Positions 26,529-35,736 of a DNA stretch of 64,000 nucleotides are shown here, piece after piece. The translations under genes were made by a program, and so were the position numbers. The notes under the pieces are model-generated. The model had not been told where the DNA came from. It ran no database searches and worked only from the letters and a program-made list of their open reading frames with translations. The DNA is from Candidatus Methanoperedenaceae archaeon (GTDB lineage: Archaea; Halobacteriota; Methanosarcinia; Methanosarcinales; Methanoperedenaceae): the NCBI GenBank assembly GCA_963753595.1, contig CAVWCX010000006.1, positions 1 to 64,000 on the forward strand, read 5' to 3'. Numbering within the stretch: the stretch's first letter is position 1; each line of letters starts with the position of its first letter.

Positions 26529-28925
26529 ATGGGACCAAAAAAATATATCACGATTTTAGATACAGTTAAGAATAAATATGATAGAATAATATTTGTAACC
26601 TTTACATTTGCACTTATTGCCATAGCACTTGCTTATTTTGCTATGCCAGCTGCAGCAGGAACCAACCTTATGGCAAACCCGGGATTTGAAAGTGGCAGCA
26701 CTGTACCTGTGAACTGGAAGTTTGTAGCAAGCAATGGAAATACCCCTGTATGGGATACGACATCACACAGCGGTGCAAGATCAATAAAAATAAGCATTCC
26801 CGGGACAACTAAAAGTAATAGCGGATACCCATTATCCGATAAAATAAATGTTGAACCGTTGCAAACATACACTCTTTCAGCATGGATCAAGAGTCAAGGT
26901 GTCACAGGCGGGCCTACTTTAAGAGTAGTACAGTACGATGCTAACTCGATTAAGCTGAGCCAGGTCAACCTTGAATTCAGCCGAGGCACGAATGACTGGG
27001 TGCAAAAACAAATGGATATTCAAACTCTCTCAAATACTGCTTTTGTTATGGTCTATGCCAATATCTGGAGCGGATATGGAACTTTCTGGATGGATGATAT
27101 TGGATTGAGCTCAACAACTGCATCTTCTCCTGCACCAACTCCCACGGCCCAGGCTACCCCCACCCCAACACAAACACCTATCACAACTTCAATTTCAGGC
27201 ACAAACTTTATGGCAAACCCGGGATTTGAAAGTGGCAGCACTGTACCTGTGAACTGGAAGTTTGTAGCAAGCAATGGAAATACCCCTGTATGGGATACGA
27301 CATCACACAGCGGTGCAAGATCAATAAAAATAAGCATTCCCGGGACAACTAAAAGTAATAGCGGATACCCATTATCCGATAAAATAAATGTTGAACCGTT
27401 GCAAACATACACTCTTTCAGCATGGATCAAGAGTCAAGGTGTCACAGGCGGGCCTACTTTAAGAGTAGTACAGTACGATGCTAACTCGATTAAGCTGAGC
27501 CAGGTCAACCTTGAATTCAGCCGAGGCACGAATGACTGGGTGCAAAAACAAATGGATATTCAAACTCTCTCAAATACTGCTTTTGTTATGGTCTATGCCA
27601 ATATCTGGAGCGGATATGGAACTTTCTGGATGGATGATATTGGATTGAGCTCAACAACTGCATCTTCTCCTGCACCAATTCCCACGGCCCAGGCTACCCC
27701 CACCCCAACACCAACACCAAAACTCACACCTACACCTACGGGAGAAGCAATAAGGATAAATACAGATAAAACACTTAATGTAAACGGAAAGAAAACTTTC
27801 CCTGTCTACATGTATGGAATTTGCAATACATACTTTGAAGTGCATAATGGTGGAATGGTTGAACCTTGTGATCCTTTAAAGAACAGTGAGTTCCTGTTTT
27901 CTGCAGGCGCCTCTGAGTTCTATCAATATTTTGACCAATTAAACTATAAAAACAAGTTTGAACAAGCAAATGTTTTTTATAATTTCAACGCTATAGATGT
28001 AGATAATATTCCACAGGAACTTAAAACCAGTCCTTATTTTTTTGGCTATTATCAACCAGATGAACCTGTGGATAGTCAGTTATCAACGCATATTTCGTAC
28101 TATAACAAAATAAAAGCGAAAGAACCGAATCATTTGGTGATTCAAAATCATTATAGGGATATGAAAATGTGGGCACAGGCATCCGATATTATCACATGGG
28201 ATGTCTATACTATCAGGGAGACTTACCCATCCTATGTGAGAGAAGATTCTATTTATGTGTATGAACAGTTTTCGGAACAGAACTTTTTCAAAGGTACTAA
28301 CATAAATTTAATTAGCAAGCCAGTATGGGCAGTCATACAGGCTAATGGTCTAAAGGAAGGGGATAGAGTTGTCCCTACTCCTAAAGAAGCACGAGCGAAT
28401 ACGTACACTGCGATAACAATGGATGTGAAAGGTATTGGCTTTTGGAGTTATCTTGGGTGGGGTGGAAGCTCGGAGCCCACATCAGAATATCCAAATGGCA
28501 CAACAGGACTATATAACGACCCTTCATTACATTCGTACTATAAGCAATTAGGAAGGGAGTTAAAATCTCTAAATGATATTCTGGTTCTTCCAAGCAAAGA
28601 TTATTCCTGGCAATATCGAAAAGGGACAATGGTTTCGTTCAGTAAGAATCCAACTAAAACAGTATTATGGAAATCTCGTGAGGCTCTTAACTATATATTG
28701 AAACAAGACGGCCAAACGTGGTACCTTATTGTAGTAAACAAGGATTCCAAGCCAATAAACGATGTGAAGTTAACGATCAATGGGTTGACTGGAGCAATGT
28801 CATCAAAGACTCTGGGGCTTGAGACCAGCGGCAGTGGACGCGCAGGAAGAGTGTTAAATGTGAATAACGGACAATTCACGGATAGCTTTGATGGCTACGC
28901 TGTGCATATATATAAGGTTTCATAA
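26529..28925 (+). CDS. secreted 2x CBM4_9-like + PT linker + glycoside-hydrolase-like protein
   Basis: Signal/TM segment; two NPGFESG...FWMDDI domains; PT linkers; GYYQPDEP, SDIITWDVY, AITMDVKGIGFW. Confidence 0.78.
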   Translation: MGPKKYITILDTVKNKYDRIIFVTFTFALIAIALAYFAMPAAAGTNLMANPGFESGSTVPVNWKFVASNGNTPVWDTTSHSGARSIKISIPGTTKSNSGYPLSDKINVEPLQTYTLSAWIKSQGVTGGPTLRVVQYDANSIKLSQVNLEFSRGTNDWVQKQMDIQTLSNTAFVMVYANIWSGYGTFWMDDIGLSSTTASSPAPTPTAQATPTPTQTPITTSISGTNFMANPGFESGSTVPVNWKFVASNGNTPVWDTTSHSGARSIKISIPGTTKSNSGYPLSDKINVEPLQTYTLSAWIKSQGVTGGPTLRVVQYDANSIKLSQVNLEFSRGTNDWVQKQMDIQTLSNTAFVMVYANIWSGYGTFWMDDIGLSSTTASSPAPIPTAQATPTPTPTPKLTPTPTGEAIRINTDKTLNVNGKKTFPVYMYGICNTYFEVHNGGMVEPCDPLKNSEFLFSAGASEFYQYFDQLNYKNKFEQANVFYNFNAIDVDNIPQELKTSPYFFGYYQPDEPVDSQLSTHISYYNKIKAKEPNHLVIQNHYRDMKMWAQASDIITWDVYTIRETYPSYVREDSIYVYEQFSEQNFFKGTNINLISKPVWAVIQANGLKEGDRVVPTPKEARANTYTAITMDVKGIGFWSYLGWGGSSEPTSEYPNGTTGLYNDPSLHSYYKQLGRELKSLNDILVLPSKDYSWQYRKGTMVSFSKNPTKTVLWKSREALNYILKQDGQTWYLIVVNKDSKPINDVKLTINGLTGAMSSKTLGLETSGSGRAGRVLNVNNGQFTDSFDGYAVHIYKVS
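26668..27711 (+). repeat. 540-bp-period intragenic tandem duplication
   Basis: 26668-27171 vs 27208-27711 differ at one base (27139/27679). Confidence 0.95.
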
Positions 28926-29074
28926 ACTCTCAACTCAAATCAGGGATTGTATTGTGGGATAAAAACATGGAACTTCCCACGATCAATCCAATTGTAATGA
29001 TGAGCAGCGGATAACAACCCGATAAATTATAACTTTATATATTTGAAGATTGAATTAGAAGTGATTAGATTATC

Positions 29075-29980
29075 ATGAAAATAATTATACTCGGCGGGGC
29101 CGGTTTTGTTGGGCGGAATTTGATAAGGGTTCTTAATTCTGAGAATTATGATGTGAAAAAAATAACGGTATTAGATAAGGACAAAAAAGGTTTGGAGTAT
29201 GTAAGAAAATTCGGAGTAGAAGCATTTTGTACCGATTTGGCCGAAAAAAAAGATTGGGATGATAAATTTGAAGGGAAAGACATTATCATTAACCTAACAG
29301 CACAAATTTCATCGCCAGATAAAGAATTATTTTATAGAAATAATATATTATCTACTAAAAATATACTCGAAGCAGCCAAAAAGGCCAATGTAAAAAAAAT
29401 CATTCACTTCAGTTCTGCTGCAGTTCTTTCTGTTAGGAAAGATGATTATGCAAAAACTAAATTAGAGGGTGAAGAGTTAGTTAAGGAAAGCGGCCTTGAA
29501 TACTGCATATTACAGCCATCCATAATGTATGGCCCAACAGATGAAAAAAATATAGGGTATTTAATTAATTTTGCAAAGAGGTTTCCTTGTTTTCCGATAC
29601 CTGGTCATGGAAAATGGCCGAGGCAGCCTATATATATTGATGATATTTGCTACCTGATTATTTCAATGATAAATAAATTTCCTCGTAACGAAGTTTATAG
29701 TATTAATGGCAAAGAAGTGATTTATTTTAGAGATATGATTAAAATAGTTTTGAATCAGAATAGTGTTTTTAAGTTTAGATTGTTTTTGCCCGTAAGCGTG
29801 TTCAAGGTTCTAATGATGAGCTATCAGAAATTGACAGGTAAAATACAATTTACATCTGATCAGGTCGAATCACTGACATCTGGAGAAGTATTTCCAAATT
29901 ATGAATGGTGGAATGATTTCAATATTCGCATTACACCCTTTAAAGATGGAGTTAAACAAATGATAAATTATGAAAAATAA
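29075..29980 (+). CDS. NAD-dependent epimerase/dehydratase family protein
   Basis: GGAGFVG, FSSAAV, YAKTK. Confidence 0.85.
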   Translation: MKIIILGGAGFVGRNLIRVLNSENYDVKKITVLDKDKKGLEYVRKFGVEAFCTDLAEKKDWDDKFEGKDIIINLTAQISSPDKELFYRNNILSTKNILEAAKKANVKKIIHFSSAAVLSVRKDDYAKTKLEGEELVKESGLEYCILQPSIMYGPTDEKNIGYLINFAKRFPCFPIPGHGKWPRQPIYIDDICYLIISMINKFPRNEVYSINGKEVIYFRDMIKIVLNQNSVFKFRLFLPVSVFKVLMMSYQKLTGKIQFTSDQVESLTSGEVFPNYEWWNDFNIRITPFKDGVKQMINYEK

Positions 29981-30031
29981 AGAAATTATATAATTTAAAA
30001 AATATTAAAAGAATTTCTATCGATTTTAGAA

Positions 30032-30130
30032 ATGAAAACTCTTCAAGTGTCTGCTTTATTTCCTCCACATATTGGCGGAATAGGCAAAAATTTAGTTAAG
30101 AAAGGAACATGAGGTAACAACCACTTCAAA
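30032..30130 (+). pseudogene. N-terminal remnant of a GT4 glycosyltransferase
   Basis: MKTLQVSALFPPHIGGI...LVKKG, then a frameshift into HEVT; parallels the start of the following GT4 (MKILRVVAHLYPSSVGG...GHDVT). Confidence 0.55.
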
Positions 30131-30233
30131 TAAAAGCAAAGACAAAAAATTAATATAATTCCAATTAGATTGGAATCGAATATGAATGAAAAAATAAACT
30201 CAATGAAAATATGCATATAATGGGTGAGATTAT

Positions 30234-31334
30234 TTGAAAATATTACGTGTTGTAGCTCATTTATATCCATCATCTGTAGGTGGCGTAGAGTTACATGCAC
30301 ATGAAATGTCTAAGAAAATGGCTCAGCTCGGGCATGATGTAACTATTTTTACGACAGCAATCGGTACAGATCTTAAAAATGAATATGCAAATGGTTATAA
30401 CATTCGTCGATTTAAACCCCTTGTGAAATTGCTTGGAAATTCAATCACACCAGCTATGTTTTTTGAGATATTAGTAAAAAAAAATGATTTCGACATCATA
30501 CATGCTCATTCGCATCTGAATTTTTCGACAAATTTGTGCGCATTGTCACGAAAAATGAGTTCCTCTCCCCTGGTAATTACGAATCATGGCTTAAAATCAC
30601 AAACTGCTCCAGCATGGCTCCAAAATATATATCTAAAAACTGTAGCCAAATGGACATTTGGAGCAGCAGATAAGATTATATGTTATACAGAAACAGAAAA
30701 GCAAGAATTGATTGATTTGGGAATAAAATTAAACAAAATAGTTGTTATTCACAATGGCATTGACACAGATATATTTGTTCCTGGAAAGAAGGGGTTGCAA
30801 AATTTTGAATTGTTATGGATTGGCAGGTTTATTCATGGAAAAGGTGTCGATTATCTAGTCGATGCGTTCAAGTTGTTAATTTCCAGACATCCAGGTCTTA
30901 AACTTTTAATGGTTGGAAGAGGTCCTGATAGAGAAAGAATAAAGGCAAAAATTCATGTCTTAAAATTAGATAATTGTATTACCATCAAAGATTTCGTTCC
31001 AAATTATGAAATTGTAACATTGTATCAGAGCTGCAATATTTTTATTTTGCCTAGCCTTGAAGAAGGTGTTCCAAGAACGATATTAGAGGCTATGTCATGT
31101 GGTATACCCGTAGTATGTTCAAATTTGCCACAATTAGTGGATATTGTAAAAGATGGTGGATTTCTTGTACCCACAAAAGATCCACAAACACTGGCTGAAA
31201 GAATATCAGAGATATTATCAAATGAAATTATGGCAAGAAAAATGGGGCAATCAGGGAGAGAAAATATTAAGAACAATTATTCATGGAAAGATTCTGTGGA
31301 AAAAACCATTCGACTATATACGGAGTTGATTTAA
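30234..31334 (+). CDS. glycosyltransferase family 4
   Basis: IHAHS, HNGID, KGVDYL, PSLEEGVPRTILEAM. Confidence 0.92.
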   Translation: MKILRVVAHLYPSSVGGVELHAHEMSKKMAQLGHDVTIFTTAIGTDLKNEYANGYNIRRFKPLVKLLGNSITPAMFFEILVKKNDFDIIHAHSHLNFSTNLCALSRKMSSSPLVITNHGLKSQTAPAWLQNIYLKTVAKWTFGAADKIICYTETEKQELIDLGIKLNKIVVIHNGIDTDIFVPGKKGLQNFELLWIGRFIHGKGVDYLVDAFKLLISRHPGLKLLMVGRGPDRERIKAKIHVLKLDNCITIKDFVPNYEIVTLYQSCNIFILPSLEEGVPRTILEAMSCGIPVVCSNLPQLVDIVKDGGFLVPTKDPQTLAERISEILSNEIMARKMGQSGRENIKNNYSWKDSVEKTIRLYTELI

Positions 31335-31335
31335 T

Positions 31336-31482
31336 ATGGTAAAAACGGTACCAACTGGATACACAGTTTTTGCAGGTTATTTAGTATTGGCGAGAGAATT
31401 GATACAATATAATCCGATTTTTGATATTAATAATGGATGGATTAAATTTACATATTGGTTTAAGGAGGTTAAAAAATTATGA
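31336..31482 (+). pseudogene. C-terminal remnant of an NDP-sugar epimerase
   Basis: 48-codon frame ...ARELIQYNPIFDINNGWIKFTYWFKE resembles extended-SDR C-termini; retains an ATGA overlap with the next gene. Confidence 0.45.
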
Positions 31483-32768
31483 GTGCATTAAATACTATGA
31501 GATTGCTTCATCAGGTGCAAAAAAATCAATGGCTCAAACCTTCGGAATTAGAAGCTTTACAAATAAAAAAGGTTCGCGCCATAATTAGACATGCTTATGA
31601 AAACACTGAGTTTTATCACAAGAAATTTAAAATTGCAGGAATTGGACCAGAAGATATCAAGACTATAAATGATTTAGAAAAGATACCATTTACAACAAAA
31701 GCTGAACTTCGGGAAAATAGTATAGGATCCATGCTGGCAAAGGGCATTAATTTAAGTAGATGTCTAGTTACTGAAACAAGCGGTTCGACAGGTATACCAA
31801 CGAAAGTTGTTTACGATGAAATGGCTAATGATTTTAGTAAAGCGGTAAACATACGTTCACATATTGAAAATGGTTTGCATCTCAGAAGTAAATGGGTTGT
31901 TTTTGGAGACCCACATCATTTTCAGAAACCCCGTTGGTTTCAGCGATTTGGCGTCTTTAGTCCAACACAGGTTTCTGTATTTGAATCAGTAGAAAAACAA
32001 TTATCTATTTTACGTAAGTTAAAACCAGATGTTTTAGATGGTTATACCTCTTCAATCAGCCTTGTGGCAAAGGAGGTTGATAAAGGAAATATTAAAGATA
32101 TAAAACCTAAAGTAATCTTTGGAACTTCAGAACTTTTAGACAGTGAGACGAGAAAATATATAAATTCTGTTTTTGATGTCGAGATGATAGATCTTTTTGG
32201 TTGTGTTGAACTCAACAGAACTGCTTGGGAATGCAGTGAACATGCGGGATATCATATTGATGTTGACGCTGTTATTATGGAATTCATCAAGGACGGAGAT
32301 AATGTTTCACCTGGTGAACGAGGGGAAATTGTATACACAGGGCTATATAATTTTGCCATGCCTTTAATTCGATATAAAATTGGCGACATTGGAATCCCAA
32401 GCGATGAACTTTGTCCATGCGGACGTGGATTACCTTTAATGAAACTTATCGAAGGGAGAACGGATTCATTTATGCAGGTACCCAATGGCCGAATATTTTC
32501 CCCTATAATATGGACTGCAATAATGAGGGGTATTCCAGGTGTTGGACAATTCAAAGCAATACAAGAGAGAAAAGATTTGATACGAATTTTGCTCGTTAAA
32601 AATAATCATTTTTCCAAAATGACAATAGACAAAATTGACCATGATATTAAGGAAGTAATGGGGAAAGACGTTAATGTTGAAATTGAACTTGTGAATGATA
32701 TTCCCAGGGATAAATCAGGAAAGATTAGAGCCGCAGTATCAAAGGTGAATAGTGAAATTGAAAAATAA
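31479..32768 (+). CDS. phenylacetate-CoA ligase family (CapK-like) adenylate-forming enzyme
   Basis: PFTTKAEL, TSGSTG, MPLIRYKIGD, CPCGRG, IEGRTD, SGK. Confidence 0.88.
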   Translation: MSALNTMRLLHQVQKNQWLKPSELEALQIKKVRAIIRHAYENTEFYHKKFKIAGIGPEDIKTINDLEKIPFTTKAELRENSIGSMLAKGINLSRCLVTETSGSTGIPTKVVYDEMANDFSKAVNIRSHIENGLHLRSKWVVFGDPHHFQKPRWFQRFGVFSPTQVSVFESVEKQLSILRKLKPDVLDGYTSSISLVAKEVDKGNIKDIKPKVIFGTSELLDSETRKYINSVFDVEMIDLFGCVELNRTAWECSEHAGYHIDVDAVIMEFIKDGDNVSPGERGEIVYTGLYNFAMPLIRYKIGDIGIPSDELCPCGRGLPLMKLIEGRTDSFMQVPNGRIFSPIIWTAIMRGIPGVGQFKAIQERKDLIRILLVKNNHFSKMTIDKIDHDIKEVMGKDVNVEIELVNDIPRDKSGKIRAAVSKVNSEIEK

Positions 32769-33882
32769 ATTATTAGTCTGTACAACAGAATATTATCCTC
32801 ATGGATCAGGTATTGCGAATGTTGCGCATAATGTAGTTGAGCAACTCAGGATTAAGGGAATTGATTGTGAAGTATGTTCACCAACTGGACCAGATATTTT
32901 TATCGGAAACAGACAATTGATATTACATTTTGGGAGACTTGGTCTTTTATATTATTGGTTTAGAGTTGCTAGATATTTCAAAGGTCATTTGGGTTATAAT
33001 ATGATTTGGCTACATCAACCGTTATTTCCATTAAGCAATCCATTTTCAAAATGTTTAATCACTATGCATATAACAGCTTTTGGGCATTATAAAGCTACAA
33101 AAAGATTGAATTATCCAATGCACTTAAGATTATATTATTTATTTTCATCTATTTTAGAAAAATATTCCTTGTTAAAATTGAGTGCCGAAAAAAAAATTAC
33201 AACCGATAGCCCAGAAGTAAGTCGTGAATTAATTGAGATGATAGGTAATGCTATAAAACCTATATTTATTCCAAATGGTGTTGATACTAATAAGTTTAAG
33301 CCAATGAAAAATAGGCAAAAAATAAGGAAAAAATTCAATTTTTTGCAAGATCATATTATTTTTTTATCCGTGGGAAGACTTTCACGTCAAAAAAAAATAT
33401 TAACAATGCTTGATAGTTTTAAAATAATACAAGAAGAAATAAAAAATTGCCTATTAATAATTGCCGGTACAGGTGAGTTAAAAGAACATTTAAATAACTA
33501 TACAAAAGTGAATGAAATCAAAAACGTGTCTTTTATGGGTTTTATTCCTGATGAAGAATTGACAGAATTATATTCATGTTCCGATTATTTTATCATGACT
33601 TCTGAATATGAAGGACAACCACTAACGCTTCTTGAGGCCATGGCTTCAGGACTTCCCTGCATTGTTTCAGATATTCCAAATTTGAAAATCGTGGAAGAAG
33701 CAAAATGTGGCATTATTGTAGATTTTTCTGATGAAGATGAAGCTGTCCGAAAAATTATTGAGTATATTAAGGAATACAACTCGATCCATGCAAAAAACGC
33801 ACGTAAATATGCAGAAGAAAATCTGGATTGGAGTATAATTGCCGACAAATATTTGAAAGCGTTGGAAAGTATTAAGAGTTGA
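32752..33882 (+). CDS. glycosyltransferase family 4
   Basis: PNGVD, VGRL, SEYEGQPLTLLEAMASG. Confidence 0.92.
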   Translation: MKLKNKLLVCTTEYYPHGSGIANVAHNVVEQLRIKGIDCEVCSPTGPDIFIGNRQLILHFGRLGLLYYWFRVARYFKGHLGYNMIWLHQPLFPLSNPFSKCLITMHITAFGHYKATKRLNYPMHLRLYYLFSSILEKYSLLKLSAEKKITTDSPEVSRELIEMIGNAIKPIFIPNGVDTNKFKPMKNRQKIRKKFNFLQDHIIFLSVGRLSRQKKILTMLDSFKIIQEEIKNCLLIIAGTGELKEHLNNYTKVNEIKNVSFMGFIPDEELTELYSCSDYFIMTSEYEGQPLTLLEAMASGLPCIVSDIPNLKIVEEAKCGIIVDFSDEDEAVRKIIEYIKEYNSIHAKNARKYAEENLDWSIIADKYLKALESIKS

Positions 33883-34607
33883 TCACATTGATAAGAAATA
33901 AATTTCGAACATTCTCTAAAAACAAATGTAAAAATATCATTGAAAATGTTATTCACAAATATAATATAAATAATAACTATATAAAAATTCTTGATATTGG
34001 TGCAGGAAACTGCTGGTTGTTGAATCTTATTTCAAATAATTATATGAAAATAGGAATTGATTTACATGCGCACCAACATTTTATTGATGACACATTTAGA
34101 GAGTTTCTAAATACAAAATCATCGTATTTCGCATTTGGTGATGCGACAAAACTTCCCTTCCCCGATTCCACTTTTGATATTGTATTTTCAAATGAATTCG
34201 TATCACATGTGAAAGATATCGATGAAACGTTGGAAGAACAAATAAGAGTCCTTAAAAAAGGTGGTTTTCTCTTAATTATGGATTCTAATCCATTAAATAT
34301 ACAAACATTTTTTAGCTGTTTTATTGTCAATTATTTGACATCTCGAAACTCAAAAACTAAGAGAGGTGGGATGAGATGGCTATTTCATCGTGATGAGCCA
34401 TTTTATGAATTAGCCCCGATAAAAGGTGGGAAACGTATGGTGTATTGGAAAGATGAGAATATCCATACTAAGTTTTGGTGGAAAAAGAAACTAAGATCTT
34501 ATTCAAGCCAAATGGAATTTGAAATATCTATTTTCTGGTCATTTTTACCAATTTCTTCGTTCAAATTGATTGCCAATAAGATACTGGTGGTCGGAAAAAA
34601 GTTGTGA
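33879..34607 (+). CDS. class I SAM-dependent methyltransferase
   Basis: ILDIGAGNC, GDATKLPFPDSTFD, RVLKKGG. Confidence 0.9.
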   Translation: MITLIRNKFRTFSKNKCKNIIENVIHKYNINNNYIKILDIGAGNCWLLNLISNNYMKIGIDLHAHQHFIDDTFREFLNTKSSYFAFGDATKLPFPDSTFDIVFSNEFVSHVKDIDETLEEQIRVLKKGGFLLIMDSNPLNIQTFFSCFIVNYLTSRNSKTKRGGMRWLFHRDEPFYELAPIKGGKRMVYWKDENIHTKFWWKKKLRSYSSQMEFEISIFWSFLPISSFKLIANKILVVGKKL

Positions 34608-34641
34608 AAAACCATCCTAATCTATCAAGAGTGGTGAAACA

Positions 34642-35736
34642 GTGAAGATATTGATTATAACACTAAATACTTATGGCGGAATGAACCATTACGTTTCCCA
34701 ACTTGCAAATTCTCTCTCAAAAAAAGAAGAAGTTACGATAATAGCCCCGATTGGCATAGAGAAAAAAAATTTCACAAAAAATGTAAAAATAATAGAACTG
34801 GAACTTGGAAATGTGATAAAAAAGTTTTTTATCAACACCCTGATATTTACCAGACCCCTAAAATTTTTAATTACAATTTATAAAGAAAAACCAGAGGTAA
34901 TACATTTCAATGAGCAGCCATTATGGTTATGTTTTTTTTTACCATTTTTGATGAAATATCCTATTGTAACGACTATTCATGACGTAAATCCTCATTTTGG
35001 AACCAGAAAATTTGACCAGTTAATTGGAAAATGGATTTTTATAAATTTCTCTAATTGTTTGATTGTTCATGGTGAGAAGGCCAAATATGAATTAAAAATG
35101 AATAACAAATGTTATATAATTCCACATGGAGATTATTCTTTTTTTCTTAAATATAGAAAAGATGGCATAGATGAAGAAGAGAACTCCATACTCTTTTTTG
35201 GACGAATTGAAGAATATAAAGGTTTAGAATATCTAATTAAAGCAGTATCTTATATTTCAATAGATTATCCAGAAATCAAACTCATTATTGCTGGCAGCGG
35301 TGATTTTTGTAAGTATAAAATTATGATTCTTAACGATAATAATTATGAAGTGCATAATAGATTCATTTCAGATGAAGAAATACCATCTTTTTTCCAGCGG
35401 GCAAAAATAGTTGTCCTGCCATACTTAGAAGGCACACAAACTGGAATCATCCCGATTGCATATGCATTTAAGAAACCGGTGGTTGTAACTGACGTGGGCA
35501 GTATCCCTGAAGTTGTTGATAATGGAAATACAGGGTTTATTGTACCAGCAAAAGATTATATGGCTTTAGCAGAGGCAATAATAAAATTATTAAAGGATGA
35601 TAAATTAAGGAAAGAAATGGGTGAAAATGGTTATAGAAAAATGATAGTAGAACTTTCGTGGGATAAGATTGCTGAAAAGACGATTGAAATGTACAAAACC
35701 ATTTTATATTTAAAGAAAGTTAATAAACTAAAATGA
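34642..35736 (+). CDS. glycosyltransferase family 4
   Basis: TIHD, IPHG, FGRIEEYKG, LPYLEGTQTG. Confidence 0.92.
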   Translation: MKILIITLNTYGGMNHYVSQLANSLSKKEEVTIIAPIGIEKKNFTKNVKIIELELGNVIKKFFINTLIFTRPLKFLITIYKEKPEVIHFNEQPLWLCFFLPFLMKYPIVTTIHDVNPHFGTRKFDQLIGKWIFINFSNCLIVHGEKAKYELKMNNKCYIIPHGDYSFFLKYRKDGIDEEENSILFFGRIEEYKGLEYLIKAVSYISIDYPEIKLIIAGSGDFCKYKIMILNDNNYEVHNRFISDEEIPSFFQRAKIVVLPYLEGTQTGIIPIAYAFKKPVVVTDVGSIPEVVDNGNTGFIVPAKDYMALAEAIIKLLKDDKLRKEMGENGYRKMIVELSWDKIAEKTIEMYKTILYLKKVNKLK

